A stretch of 64,000 nucleotides of DNA from Candidatus Kryptoniota bacterium (GTDB lineage Bacteria > Bacteroidota > Ignavibacteria > Kryptoniales > JAKASW01): assembly GCA_024641705.1 (NCBI GenBank), contig JAHECO010000001.1, forward strand, positions 195,897-259,896, given 5' to 3'. The notes below the pieces were generated by a model. That model did no database searches, was not told where the DNA came from, and worked only from the letters and a program-made list of their open reading frames with translations. Each line of letters opens with the position of its first letter. The first letter of the stretch is position 1. A program made the translations under genes and the position numbers. This document shows, piece by piece, positions 8,843 through 18,646 of the stretch.

Positions 8843-9513
8843 TGCTTGGAATGCTGTTGGCTTTGCTGTCCGATACGACAGCCGTGAACATAAGGGCCCT
8901 CGTGACGCAGGACATCGATCGCGCCACTCTCAAGTCTGCCGCGGCAGCGAATCAGAGTTTCGCGGAACGCATCTTCGGGATCTCCGACTTCGTCCTGATC
9001 GTCGAGCTCGCCATGATCCTTGCGATGGCGGTGCTCCTCGTCGCGCTTATCGTGCGGGCGAGAAGGCTGATGAGAGAGCAAAGGCGGAAGATCGACTCCG
9101 CGCAGCGCATGAACGTGAAACGTCCACCTGCCATATCAAGAACGCAGATCGAGAGGATATTGAACCAGATAGCGAGCGAGAAGGTGAAAATGGCAGACAT
9201 GGCCGGAGGCGACTACTTCATCGACCACAACGGCAGGCTCGATTCCGGTGCTGCCGTTCACGAGATGGCCAGGACACACGGGATGGAATCGGAACGGCTC
9301 AACTTTGCAATCAACTACGCTTCCCAGCACGCGAGGCAATCGGGCGCCAAATTCAAAGAGGCCTTCGCACTCGTTACCGAGGATTCCGACCTCAACGTGC
9401 TCGCGAGACAGCTTAACATGGGAAAAGGCGAACTCGAACTCATCCTCGCACTCAAGCGAAGCAAGATTGCAAACTCGAGGACCGCGACGGGAAACCGGGG
9501 AGGTCGGCGATGA
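8842..9513 (+). CDS. Hypothetical single-TM protein inside the flagellar operon
   Basis: 223 aa with one hydrophobic helix (FVLIVELAMILAMAVLLVALIV). TAATG overlap with the kinase gene and ATGA overlap with flgF. No family recognised. Confidence 0.5.
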   Translation: MLGMLLALLSDTTAVNIRALVTQDIDRATLKSAAAANQSFAERIFGISDFVLIVELAMILAMAVLLVALIVRARRLMREQRRKIDSAQRMNVKRPPAISRTQIERILNQIASEKVKMADMAGGDYFIDHNGRLDSGAAVHEMARTHGMESERLNFAINYASQHARQSGAKFKEAFALVTEDSDLNVLARQLNMGKGELELILALKRSKIANSRTATGNRGGRR

Positions 9514-10262
9514 TAAAGGGAATCTATACCAGCGCGCTCGGCTTGATACCTCTCCAGAAGAGGCTAGAGGTCATCGCAAACAACTTGGCGAACGTAAATA
9601 CGACGGCCTTCAAGAGAGACGACTCGTTCACCGGCGAGCTTATTTCGGCGAGTACTCTTCTCCGCGACGGCACCGTCGATCCGACTCAAAAGGATGTGAA
9701 TGAGAAGACCTGCACTGATTTCTCGCAGGGCACTCTTCAGCAAACCAACAACCCGCTGGACCTGGCGCTGGACGGCCAGGGGTTCTTCGCGGTTCAGACC
9801 GCAGACGGCGTCCGCCTGACGCGCGACGGTTCGTTCACGCTGTCCAATGACGGCACGCTCGAGACGCGGGATGGCGGTATCGTTCTGGGTGTGGGCGGTC
9901 CAATCCGGATCGACAACATACAGCAGATACAGTCCGCGAAGCTCGTGGTGGATAAAAACGGAGAGGTCAAAGCGGGCAGTGAAGTGTACGGCCAGCTCAG
10001 GGTCGTGGTGCCGGGCGACTACAGCCATATATCCAAAGCGGGCGCGAATCTCTATTCGCTCAACGACGGTGCGACAGTCCGGGACGCAGACCCCGCCAAC
10101 GTGAGCGTGCGACAGGGCTATCTTGAAGGTTCGAACGTCAACCCGATCGACGAGATGGTTGCAATGATTCAGCTGCAACAGAACTTCGAAGCGGGTCAAA
10201 AAGCAATCCAGAGTCAGGATAACTCGCTCGGCGAATCGAACCAGGTGGGACAGGTGTCATGA
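9510..10262 (+). CDS. flgF: Flagellar basal-body rod protein FlgF
   Basis: N-terminal rod motif IANNLANVNTTAFK and C-terminal GYLEGSNVN..DEMV.MI..QR/Q.FE block. Confidence 0.85.
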   Translation: MIKGIYTSALGLIPLQKRLEVIANNLANVNTTAFKRDDSFTGELISASTLLRDGTVDPTQKDVNEKTCTDFSQGTLQQTNNPLDLALDGQGFFAVQTADGVRLTRDGSFTLSNDGTLETRDGGIVLGVGGPIRIDNIQQIQSAKLVVDKNGEVKAGSEVYGQLRVVVPGDYSHISKAGANLYSLNDGATVRDADPANVSVRQGYLEGSNVNPIDEMVAMIQLQQNFEAGQKAIQSQDNSLGESNQVGQVS

Positions 10263-10416
10263 TCACCGTCAGCCTGACGGGCTCCGGCGGGAGACTTCAC
10301 TGCGTGTTGAGCAGGGGCATCGTCACTGCAGAGGGTGATTCGAAATCGGTAATCGGAGTTCTGGCAAAGACGTACGCCAGGCTCGTCATAAGAGATTTTA
10401 AGGCAAGAACAACAAA

Positions 10417-11220
10417 GTGGAGGAAAATATGGACAGAGCGTTGAAAACTGCGGCGACCGGAATGTACGCGCAGCAACTGAATGTGGATGCGATAGCAAAC
10501 AACCTTGCAAACGTGAACACGACTTCATTCAAATCGACCAGGGTGGAATTCCAGGACCTCATGTATGAGACCCTTCGTGCGACCGGGGTTCCCGACCAAC
10601 AGGGCGGCACTCCTCCCGCAGAGCTCCAGGTCGGCGACGGCACCGTGCCCTCCTCGACGACGAGAAACTTCGGGCAGGGAGACCTGACTCCGACTCAGAA
10701 CCAGCTCGACTTCGCGGTCCAGGGCGACGGCTTTTTCCGGGTGAGAATGCCGGACGGCTCGGAAGCCTATACGCGGGACGGCTCCTTCAAAATTTCCGGC
10801 GACGGCAATATGGTCACTTCGGACGGATACCTCGTTGAACCGGGTTTCACGCTCCCCCAGGACACGACCGGTATACAGGTCGGAGTGGACGGGACTGTCC
10901 AGGCGACCGTGTCGGGGCAGACGACCCCCGTCACCCTCGGCCAGCTCGAACTGGCGAAGTTCATCAATCCCGACGGGCTTCACGCTGTCGGAAGCAACCT
11001 TTACAAGGAAACTGTCGCCTCCGGTACTCCGATACTCGGGAATCCGAACTCTACAGGTTTCGGAACGATACAGCAGGGTTACCTGGAGTCCTCTAACGTT
11101 TCGATCGTGAACGAGATGGTGAAGATGATCGAGGCCGAAAGAGCGTACGAGCTCAATTCGAAAGCGGTGCAGACCGCCAATAATATGATGCAGCTGGCGA
11201 ACAACCTTAAGACTTCATAG
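10417..11220 (+). CDS. flgG: Flagellar distal rod protein FlgG
   Basis: MDRALKTAATGMYAQQ..IANNLANVNTTSFK and C-terminal GYLESSNV..V.EMV.MI.A.RAYE. The start may be the ATG at 10429. Confidence 0.9.
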   Translation: MEENMDRALKTAATGMYAQQLNVDAIANNLANVNTTSFKSTRVEFQDLMYETLRATGVPDQQGGTPPAELQVGDGTVPSSTTRNFGQGDLTPTQNQLDFAVQGDGFFRVRMPDGSEAYTRDGSFKISGDGNMVTSDGYLVEPGFTLPQDTTGIQVGVDGTVQATVSGQTTPVTLGQLELAKFINPDGLHAVGSNLYKETVASGTPILGNPNSTGFGTIQQGYLESSNVSIVNEMVKMIEAERAYELNSKAVQTANNMMQLANNLKTS

Positions 11221-11237
11221 CAACCGGAGGTACGTAG

Positions 11238-11948
11238 ATGAAACGCGTTGGCTTGGAATTAGGGGTTCTGGTTTTTGCTTTCGGGCTTGCGTCCGCCGCG
11301 GCCTCCGCTCAGACCGTGAGCGCCGCCGCCGTGCGGGATGTGGTGGCTTCGTACATAAAGGCCTCACTTCCGCCGTCGCTTGAAACCTCCATCAACTTTG
11401 AAGACCTGAAGAAGAGCTACCCCGTAGGTTACAAGCAATGTGACCTGGTCGTTGCTTCCGCGAATTCCGTCACCCTCAAAGGACTCGTTACTTTTCTGGT
11501 TAAGGCCCGCCCCTCCGGAAGGGAAGAAGGCTACACGCAGGTCATACCGGTAACCGTCCGGATAAGGACCTTCCAGAAAGTTCTCGTAGCCTCACAGACG
11601 ATCTCCCCTCACAGCGAGATCGAACGGGACGATATCAACACGGTCAGGGCCGAGACGACCGACCTTCAGAACCCTGTATCAAGCCTGAGCGAGCTTAAAG
11701 GGAAATGGTCGACCAGGTGGATACAGGGCGGGAAGGTTCTCACGTTCGACATGTTTACCGACGAGCCGATAGTCAAGCGCGGGCAGGAGATTACGATAAT
11801 CTTCAGGACTAAGAATATTACGGTCCGTGACCAGGGGAGCGCGCTGCAGGACGGGAAGCTCGGCGACGTGATAAGAGTGGCAAACGAATACAGGGACAAC
11901 CTCCGCGCCAGGATCGTGGGCAGGGGCGAAGTTGTCCTCGTGAATTGA
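11238..11948 (+). CDS. flgA: Flagellar P-ring assembly chaperone FlgA
   Basis: Signal peptide and a C-terminal SAF-like block (IVKRGQEITIIF....ITV...G.ALQDGKLGDVIRV.N); sits before flgH-flgI. Confidence 0.8.
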   Translation: MKRVGLELGVLVFAFGLASAAASAQTVSAAAVRDVVASYIKASLPPSLETSINFEDLKKSYPVGYKQCDLVVASANSVTLKGLVTFLVKARPSGREEGYTQVIPVTVRIRTFQKVLVASQTISPHSEIERDDINTVRAETTDLQNPVSSLSELKGKWSTRWIQGGKVLTFDMFTDEPIVKRGQEITIIFRTKNITVRDQGSALQDGKLGDVIRVANEYRDNLRARIVGRGEVVLVN

Positions 11949-11961
11949 GAATGGAGTTGAG

Positions 11962-12528
11962 ATGATGAAGACGATAATCTTCGCACTTTTCATAGCCGGT
12001 ACGACTTACGGACAGGTAATGCAGAAGCCGAACAAGTCGCTCTTCTCCGATTACAAGGCTTGCAGGGTCGGAGATGCGGTGACCGTACTCGTGACCGAGG
12101 AGAACTCGGCATCGAAGGACGCGTCGACGAACACGAGCAGGCAGAGCACGATCGGAGCCAGCGGCTCGGCAAGTTACGGCACGAAGAGTCTCCCCTCGGG
12201 AGCGTTACAGCTCGGCACCGACAACGAGTTCAAAGGAGCCGGGTCGACTAGCGAAAAGGGAAGCGTGCAGGCGACGGTCAGTGCACAGGTCGTCAGAGTG
12301 GATGAGTACGGCAACCTCGAAATAAAGGGAAGCAGGCTCATATCGATAAACGGGCAGGACCAGGTGATCAAACTCAGCGGGATCATTCGTCCTTCCGACA
12401 TCCAGCCCGATAACACAATTTATTCTTCCCAGATTTCAGACGCACAGATAATATTCGAAGGATCGGGTTCAATCAACCAGTCTCAGAGTCCCGGCTGGCT
12501 GACCAAACTATTTCACTGGCTCTTCTGA
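11962..12528 (+). CDS. flgH: Flagellar L-ring protein FlgH
   Basis: SLFSDYKA.RVGD.VTVLV.E...ASKDA.T and C-terminal IRP.DI..DNTI.S..I.DA.I motifs. No lipobox Cys is visible in the signal peptide. Confidence 0.85.
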   Translation: MMKTIIFALFIAGTTYGQVMQKPNKSLFSDYKACRVGDAVTVLVTEENSASKDASTNTSRQSTIGASGSASYGTKSLPSGALQLGTDNEFKGAGSTSEKGSVQATVSAQVVRVDEYGNLEIKGSRLISINGQDQVIKLSGIIRPSDIQPDNTIYSSQISDAQIIFEGSGSINQSQSPGWLTKLFHWLF

Positions 12529-12536
12529 GGTATGCG

Positions 12537-13625
12537 ATGAAAAAAGTTTTGATTCTCCTGATGGTCGTTACATCCGCCGCGTTCGCGACGCGGATTAAAG
12601 ACATAGCTTATGTCAAAGGCGTGAACGACTACCAGGTCATAGGTTACGGTCTCGTCGTCGGCCTGCACGGAACGGGAGATTCGCAGATGTCGATATTTAC
12701 ACAGCAGTCGGTGGCGAGCATGCTGAAGAGATTCGGCATCACCGTGACGCAGACGCAGATCCGAATGAGGAACGTTGCCGCGGTTATGGTAGTCGCGTCG
12801 ATTCCGCCGTTTTCCAGCAAGGGGGCCTCGATCGATGTCACCGTCTCCTCCATGGGAGACGCGACGAGCCTCCAGGGCGGAGCTCTTCTCCTCACCGACC
12901 TGATTGGTCAGGACGGAAAGATTTATGCCACCGCGCAGGGTCCGCTGTCTGTCGGCGGATTCGATATCCAGGCTGCCGGCACGGAGATACAGAGGAATTT
13001 CACGACAACTGGAAGAATCCCCAACGGAGGTCTCGTACAGGAGACTCCTCCGGTCGATTTCATAAACAACTGGGTCCTCTCGATAATACTTTCGCAGGAG
13101 GACTTCACGACTGCCAACCGGGTTGCGGACATCATTAATAAGAGTATCGGCGATACTGTGGCGGAGGCCGTCGACGGCGGTACGATCAACGTGCAGATTC
13201 CGCAGGCCTTCCAGTCAAAAGACAAAGTCGTTCAATTCATCTCGCAGATAGAGATGCTGCAGGTTGTGCCGGATGTGGTCGCGCGCGTCGTGATCAACGA
13301 GCGGACTGGCACGGTCGTCGTAGGCCAGAATGTCACGGTACTCCCAGTGGCGATATCGCACGGCAATCTCAACATAGAGATACAGGCGTATCCGGTGATC
13401 TCGCAGCCGGCGCCTTTCTCGCAGGGACAGACCGTCGTAACCCAGGCTGCGACGGCGCAGGTGACGCAGGAAAACAATTCTATGGTCGCGATCAACGGTG
13501 CGGCGACGGTGCAGGACATAGCGACCGCGCTGAACTCGCTGAAGGTAAGGCCGCGAGACATCATCGCGATATTCCAGGCGCTGAAGGCCGCCGGCGCCCT
13601 GAAGGCAGAACTGGTAATAATGTAG
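12537..13625 (+). CDS. flgI: Flagellar P-ring protein FlgI
   Basis: RIKDIA...GV..YQVIGYGLVVGL.GTGD and C-terminal V.DIA.ALN.L.V.PRDII.I.QALK.AGAL.AELVI. Confidence 0.9.
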   Translation: MKKVLILLMVVTSAAFATRIKDIAYVKGVNDYQVIGYGLVVGLHGTGDSQMSIFTQQSVASMLKRFGITVTQTQIRMRNVAAVMVVASIPPFSSKGASIDVTVSSMGDATSLQGGALLLTDLIGQDGKIYATAQGPLSVGGFDIQAAGTEIQRNFTTTGRIPNGGLVQETPPVDFINNWVLSIILSQEDFTTANRVADIINKSIGDTVAEAVDGGTINVQIPQAFQSKDKVVQFISQIEMLQVVPDVVARVVINERTGTVVVGQNVTVLPVAISHGNLNIEIQAYPVISQPAPFSQGQTVVTQAATAQVTQENNSMVAINGAATVQDIATALNSLKVRPRDIIAIFQALKAAGALKAELVIM

Positions 13626-13630
13626 CAGAG

Positions 13631-14449
13631 ATGGACAAGGTTCAACAAAGCGCGTCGACAGCGCACCTCCAGCTCACCGAGCAGCAGAAGACGAAGCTGA
13701 AAGCTGCCGTCAAGGATTTCGAGGCGGTGTTCATGGAGTATATGCTGAAATCGATGCAGCAAACCGAGAAGATCGACGGGAGCGACAAGGAACAGGGATA
13801 CGGCAACGACATCATGACCGGCCTGTTCAACACGAAGCTCTCCGAATACATTACAAAGAATTCGAACCTCGGTATCGGCAACATGCTGTACAAGCAGTTC
13901 ACCGGAGAGGACATGAATTCGCAGCCTTCCGGTATTTCGGCCTCCGACTCGGCTATCCTGTCGCAGGGTCTTACGGACGCGCAAACGCTGGCTTTACAGA
14001 AGATCAAGACTTACAGCTCGGGCTCCCTGCTGGAGAACGTGGGTAAATACTCCGATATAATAAATGAAGCGGCGGGTACTTACGGTCTGCAGCCCAACCT
14101 GATAAAGGCTGTGATTGCCGCGGAATCGGCCGGGAAAGCGGATTCGCTTTCCGCGAAGGAGGCCAAAGGCCTTATGCAGCTTACCGATTCCACCGCGAAG
14201 GATATGGGCGTCTCCAATTCCTTCAATCCCAAGGAGAACATCATGGGCGGCGCGAAGTACCTGAAAAGTCTGATAGAGAAGTACTCGGGAAATCTCGATA
14301 TGGCGTTGGCATCCTACAATGCGGGACCCGGGACGGTCGAACAGTACAGCGGTGTGCCCCCATACCCCGAGACCCAGAATTACATCAAGAGAGTAATGAA
14401 TTACCTTAACATGTTTGACGCAAGCGAGGTGAGCGATGGCGGACAGTGA
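13631..14449 (+). CDS. flgJ: FlgJ-like protein: N-terminal rod-binding domain fused to an SLT (GH23) lytic transglycosylase domain
   Basis: The N-terminus AVKDFEAVFMEYMLKSMQ is the FlgJ rod-binding signature. The C-terminal half has AESAG...GLMQL....A and ASYNAGPGTV, the SLT catalytic Glu-Ser and AYNAG motifs. Confidence 0.8.
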   Translation: MDKVQQSASTAHLQLTEQQKTKLKAAVKDFEAVFMEYMLKSMQQTEKIDGSDKEQGYGNDIMTGLFNTKLSEYITKNSNLGIGNMLYKQFTGEDMNSQPSGISASDSAILSQGLTDAQTLALQKIKTYSSGSLLENVGKYSDIINEAAGTYGLQPNLIKAVIAAESAGKADSLSAKEAKGLMQLTDSTAKDMGVSNSFNPKENIMGGAKYLKSLIEKYSGNLDMALASYNAGPGTVEQYSGVPPYPETQNYIKRVMNYLNMFDASEVSDGGQ

Positions 14450-14876
14450 CAACACGGGACTCGTTGAAACCACCAGGAAAGAAATGGCCGAATTCAGCAG
14501 GATGCTCGAGATCCTTCACAGGAAACAGGAGGCCATCTCGAAGCTGGACACGGAGGCGATCCGGAACCTGGTGAGCGAAGAGCTGAACGGTTTGAAGCGG
14601 ATCGGATCTGTCGAGAAGGAGAGGTCGCAGATCATCGGAAAGTTGGGGCTAACCGCAGAGGACCTTAACGATCCGCGCGCGCTCGGCGAGAAGCTCGGAA
14701 ATTCAGCCGGAAGCTATGCAAAACTCCATGCTGCTTTCAAGGAAGTCTTCTCCCAAGTGACGCGGTTGAACGGGATCATCAACATCCTTTTGCTTCACTC
14801 CGTGGCGTTCATAAAGCAGAACATCAGCATCCTGACCGACAACGGCAACAGAAGGCTTGTCGACAAGAAAGCGTAG
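14436..14876 (+). CDS. flgN: FlgN-like flagellar export chaperone
   Basis: Small helical protein immediately upstream of flgK-flgL; FlgN-like heptad pattern (LEILHRKQEAISKLD.EAI..L..EE). The start is uncertain, with an alternative ATG at 14484. Confidence 0.6.
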   Translation: MADSDNTGLVETTRKEMAEFSRMLEILHRKQEAISKLDTEAIRNLVSEELNGLKRIGSVEKERSQIIGKLGLTAEDLNDPRALGEKLGNSAGSYAKLHAAFKEVFSQVTRLNGIINILLLHSVAFIKQNISILTDNGNRRLVDKKA

Positions 14877-14885
14877 ACACCCAAC

Positions 14886-16268
14886 ATGAGCGGACTGAAC
14901 GGCATATTGAACATCGCGCGCGACGCCCTGCAGACTTCGCAGGCGGAGCTCGACACGACGGGGCACAACATTGCCAACGCGAGCACGGACGGTTACACGA
15001 GACAGCGCGTCGTTACGGAGGCATCGACTCCGCTGCAGACCACATTCGGTTACCTCGGCTCGGGCGTCGAGATAAACCGTATCGAGGGGGTCAGAGACGC
15101 GTACGTGAACTCACAGGTCATGAATCTGAATTCCGGCCTCAGCCAGTCTGCCGCCGATCAACAAACGCTTACCGCCGTACAGGGAATCTTCAGCGAGACA
15201 TCGACATCGACCGGCGGATTGACCGCACAGCTCAACGCCTTCTTCAGCGCCTTCCAGACCCTCTCCCAGAACCCGGAAGATACCGGCATACGGCAGACCG
15301 TCCTTCAGACCGGCATAAACGTCGCGACGACTTTCAACAACCTTAACACGCAGCTTCAGAACGCAAAGTACCAGGTCGGGCAGCAGATAGACGCCGACGT
15401 CACAAAGATCAATCAGCTTGCCAGCACGATCGCCGGCATAAACCAGCAAATCCTAGCGAACGCCGGGAGTTCCAGGAATTCTTCCGACCTCCAGGACCAG
15501 CTGAACAGCGCGGTGTCCGAACTGAGCAACCTCGTCAACGTGAAAGTTGTGACAGACGCCAACGGGGCTGCCAACGTGACGGCGGGAGGGGCGGTGCTGG
15601 TCGCGGCGGGGAACGCCTATCAGTTCAAGATGACTCAGACCGCGACGGGGATAACCGTCGGCCGGGCCGACTCATCGGTTCCCGCGACCGTGTCGTCGGG
15701 AGAGATCGCAAGTCTCATCAATTCGTACGACAATCTGATCCCGACTTACTCCGCCCAGCTGGACAGCATCGCAAACACTCTGGTCAAGACGATAAACTCC
15801 TTCAACTCTACCGGCTACACGCTCTCGACGAACGGGAACCCGCCTGAAACGGGAAAGACTTTCTTCCAGGGGACATCTGCCGGAAGCATACAAATCTCAC
15901 CCGACATCCTGTCGAACCTGAACAACATCGCGGCGTCATCTTCCGGCGATCCCGGTAATGGGGAGAACGCCGCGGCGATGGCGAACGTCCTGAACGCGGC
16001 AGTCATGGGAAACGGCCAGTCGATACTGAACGCTTACGAGGCGCTTGTCAACCGCGTCGGAACGGACACCCAGCAGGCCGGCAACAACGTGCAGACGCTG
16101 CAGACGGAGCAGAACCAGATGAAAGCGTACCAGACTTCGATCTCGGGGGTTTCCCTCGATCAGGAGTTGACGAACATGATACAGTACCAGCATTCTTTCG
16201 AGGCTGCGGCAAAGGTGGTAACGACCGCGGACTCGATGTACCAGACAATAATCGGAATGGTGGGTTGA
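14886..16268 (+). CDS. flgK: Hook-associated protein 1 FlgK
   Basis: N-terminus L.TSQ..L.TTGHNIANA.T.GYTRQ and C-terminus GVSLD.EL.NMI.YQ..F.AAAKV...D.M. Confidence 0.85.
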   Translation: MSGLNGILNIARDALQTSQAELDTTGHNIANASTDGYTRQRVVTEASTPLQTTFGYLGSGVEINRIEGVRDAYVNSQVMNLNSGLSQSAADQQTLTAVQGIFSETSTSTGGLTAQLNAFFSAFQTLSQNPEDTGIRQTVLQTGINVATTFNNLNTQLQNAKYQVGQQIDADVTKINQLASTIAGINQQILANAGSSRNSSDLQDQLNSAVSELSNLVNVKVVTDANGAANVTAGGAVLVAAGNAYQFKMTQTATGITVGRADSSVPATVSSGEIASLINSYDNLIPTYSAQLDSIANTLVKTINSFNSTGYTLSTNGNPPETGKTFFQGTSAGSIQISPDILSNLNNIAASSSGDPGNGENAAAMANVLNAAVMGNGQSILNAYEALVNRVGTDTQQAGNNVQTLQTEQNQMKAYQTSISGVSLDQELTNMIQYQHSFEAAAKVVTTADSMYQTIIGMVG

Positions 16269-16269
16269 T

Positions 16270-17154
16270 ATGAGAATCAATGAACAGCAGGTGGTCAGCG
16301 ACCTCCTCTACTCGCTGGGGCAGGATCGGCAATCGATCGACCAGCTCCAGGAGCAGATATCTTCCGGCAAAGTGGTGAACACGCCTTCGGACGACCCGAC
16401 TCTGAACCAGCGGCTCATGCTCCTGCAGGACCAGGTCAATCAGAACAAGTCGTACAACGACAACCTCCAGTACGCACAGAGTTTCCTGACAATGCAGGAG
16501 AGCGCGCTCGGCAGCGCGGTGACGACGCTGACGAACATCAAGACCATGATGTTGTCCGCTGCGAACGACAGCAACCCGCAGGACCAGCAGAACTACGGGA
16601 CGCAGCTCGGACAATACATTACGCAGCTCGTGGACCTGGCAAACAGCAAATACGGGAGCAAATATGTCTTCGGCGGGACGCAGACAACGGCCCAGCCGTT
16701 CTTCATGAATTCCAATGGGACGAGCGTTTCCGTCAACCCGAACGGCATAGACGGTGCGCTCAAAATCGACGTCGGCTTCCAGATCTCCGAGCAGTACAAC
16801 GTGACCGGGCAGGAGGCTTTCAACGGCGGACAGTTGTTCAACGACCTCATTGCCTTACAGAACAAACTGACCAGCGGTACCGCGCCGAGCCAGGCCGACC
16901 TGACGACGGTGAGCAACTACCTTAATTCCATGATAAGCTCGAACGCGAAGGCCGGTTCAATGCTTAACAGGGTCCAGCTTATTCAATCCCAGCTCTCGTC
17001 TCAGACCCAGTCGCTTCAGACCACTATGTCGAATCTCGGCGATACGGATATCGCCTCTGCCGTCATCAAGATGCAGCAGCAGCAGACGACGCTGAACTCG
17101 GCACTGCAGACCGGCGCACAACTCATTAAACTATCACTCGTGAATTATCTCTAG
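16270..17154 (+). CDS. flgL: Hook-associated protein 3 FlgL
   Basis: Flagellin-like N and C termini (MRI....V.DLLY.L......I..LQEQISSGK; DTDIA.A.I.MQQQQT.L.SALQ); follows flgK. Confidence 0.8.
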   Translation: MRINEQQVVSDLLYSLGQDRQSIDQLQEQISSGKVVNTPSDDPTLNQRLMLLQDQVNQNKSYNDNLQYAQSFLTMQESALGSAVTTLTNIKTMMLSAANDSNPQDQQNYGTQLGQYITQLVDLANSKYGSKYVFGGTQTTAQPFFMNSNGTSVSVNPNGIDGALKIDVGFQISEQYNVTGQEAFNGGQLFNDLIALQNKLTSGTAPSQADLTTVSNYLNSMISSNAKAGSMLNRVQLIQSQLSSQTQSLQTTMSNLGDTDIASAVIKMQQQQTTLNSALQTGAQLIKLSLVNYL

Positions 17155-17155
17155 A

Positions 17156-17932
17156 ATGAAAAAGTCCCTCGAAATAGGCACGGTTGCCGGGCTGCTCTTC
17201 GGTCTCTTCTCGATATTCGGGTCGTTCCTTATGGAAGGCGGGAAGATCGGTGCGCTTATAATGATCCCCGCCATGACGATCGTGTTCGGTGGCACGTTCG
17301 CGACCGCAATGATCGGATCGTCCTTCAGGCAATTCAGCAGGATCTGGAAATTCGCCCTCGTGGCGTTTCTCCCGCCGAAGCACGACGTGGAGAAGCTTAT
17401 CGAATTGATCGTGCGCTACGCGACAATCGCGCGCAAGGAGGGGCTGCTGGCTCTCGAAAAGGAGCTCAACAACATCGACCAGAGTTTCCTGAAGAAGCTG
17501 CTCAGGTTTGCCATCGACGGGACGGATCCTCAGACGATGAGGTCGGTAGCCGACGCAGAGATGGGGTTCCTCAACGAGCGCCACAGCTCGAACGCGCTAA
17601 TCTTTCAGAAGATGGGCGGCTATGCCCCGACCATGGGTATCATCGGGACCGTCATGGGTCTCATCGTGACACTCGCAAATGCCGGAGGCGACCCGAACGA
17701 CCTTATCCATCACATCGCGAGCGCGTTCATCGCCACGCTGTGGGGCATATTCACGGCGAATATTATCTGGCTGCCGATTGCAGACAAGTTGAAGACCATT
17801 CACGGTGAAGAGAACCTCATAATGGAAGTGGCGCTCGAAGGAGTCCTCTCGCTTCAGGCCGGGGAGATACCGGCTATAGTCAAAGCGAAGCTGAGGGCGA
17901 TGCTCCCGAGCACCGAGCAGGGTGAAGTGTGA
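17156..17932 (+). CDS. motA: Flagellar stator protein MotA
   Basis: Four TM segments and the MotA/TolQ/ExbB C-terminal block APTMGIIGTVMGLI.....G.....L...IA.AFIATLWGI..AN. Confidence 0.9.
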   Translation: MKKSLEIGTVAGLLFGLFSIFGSFLMEGGKIGALIMIPAMTIVFGGTFATAMIGSSFRQFSRIWKFALVAFLPPKHDVEKLIELIVRYATIARKEGLLALEKELNNIDQSFLKKLLRFAIDGTDPQTMRSVADAEMGFLNERHSSNALIFQKMGGYAPTMGIIGTVMGLIVTLANAGGDPNDLIHHIASAFIATLWGIFTANIIWLPIADKLKTIHGEENLIMEVALEGVLSLQAGEIPAIVKAKLRAMLPSTEQGEV

Positions 17933-18633
17933 TGCGAAAGAAACACGCCGGAGAGCACGACAATCTCGAAAGGTGGCTCCTCACCTACGCCGACCTGATC
18001 ACTCTGCTTCTCGGGCTCTTCGTGATACTCTACGCGAGCTCCCGGGTGGACATGAAGAAGTACAAGGCAGTCATGTCAGCTTTCGAGAACGTCTTCGGCG
18101 GCGGACCCAGCCAGGGCGCGCTTTCCGGTGAGAATGGCATCATGTCGCAGCCCGCTGAGAATCCCGGGATGAGAGAATCCCGGTCGATGGAGCGGAAAGT
18201 GAAGGCAGCCGTGGGCGATGCTTTGAAGAAGGGCGGAGCCATGATCACCGTCGACGAGCGCGGCGTCACCGTGCACTTCCTTGAAAAGTTCATGTTCGAT
18301 CCAGGGGAGGCCCGAATAAGAACGGAAGCCCTGCCTGTGCTGGACACGCTGGGTTTCCTCCTTTCATCGGTGCCGAACCGCATAAGGATCGAAGGGCATA
18401 CGGACGATACTCCTATCCACAACTCGGAATTCCCGTCCAACTGGCACCTGTCGGTTGCACGTGCGTTGAATGTAGGTTATTATTTATTGCAGCATTACCC
18501 TATCAGGCCGGAGAAAGTGGCAATTGTCGGCTATGGAGAATTTCACCCTCTTGTTCCGAACGACACTCCGGTCCACAAAGCACAAAACAGGAGAGTGGAC
18601 ATTGTCATACTCAACAGCATCACGAAAGACTGA
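17929..18633 (+). CDS. motB: Flagellar stator protein MotB (OmpA-like C-terminal domain)
   Basis: N-terminus ERWLLTYADLITLLL.LFV (plug/TM with the conserved Asp). C-terminus IRIEGHTDD.P......SNW.LS..RA and NRRVDIVIL. Confidence 0.9.
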   Translation: MMRKKHAGEHDNLERWLLTYADLITLLLGLFVILYASSRVDMKKYKAVMSAFENVFGGGPSQGALSGENGIMSQPAENPGMRESRSMERKVKAAVGDALKKGGAMITVDERGVTVHFLEKFMFDPGEARIRTEALPVLDTLGFLLSSVPNRIRIEGHTDDTPIHNSEFPSNWHLSVARALNVGYYLLQHYPIRPEKVAIVGYGEFHPLVPNDTPVHKAQNRRVDIVILNSITKD

Positions 18634-18646
18634 GGAGTCTATAGAG

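Noticed and set aside
10259-10444. 61-aa ORF in the flgF-flgG gap, with an ATGA overlap on the flgF stop
   Set aside because: The overlap makes it tempting. However, the product has no features, it runs into the flgG start, and the gap also contains a palindrome (CCGTCAG-C-CTGACGG, 10264-10278) and the flgG RBS. Evidence is insufficient; it needs Ribo-seq.
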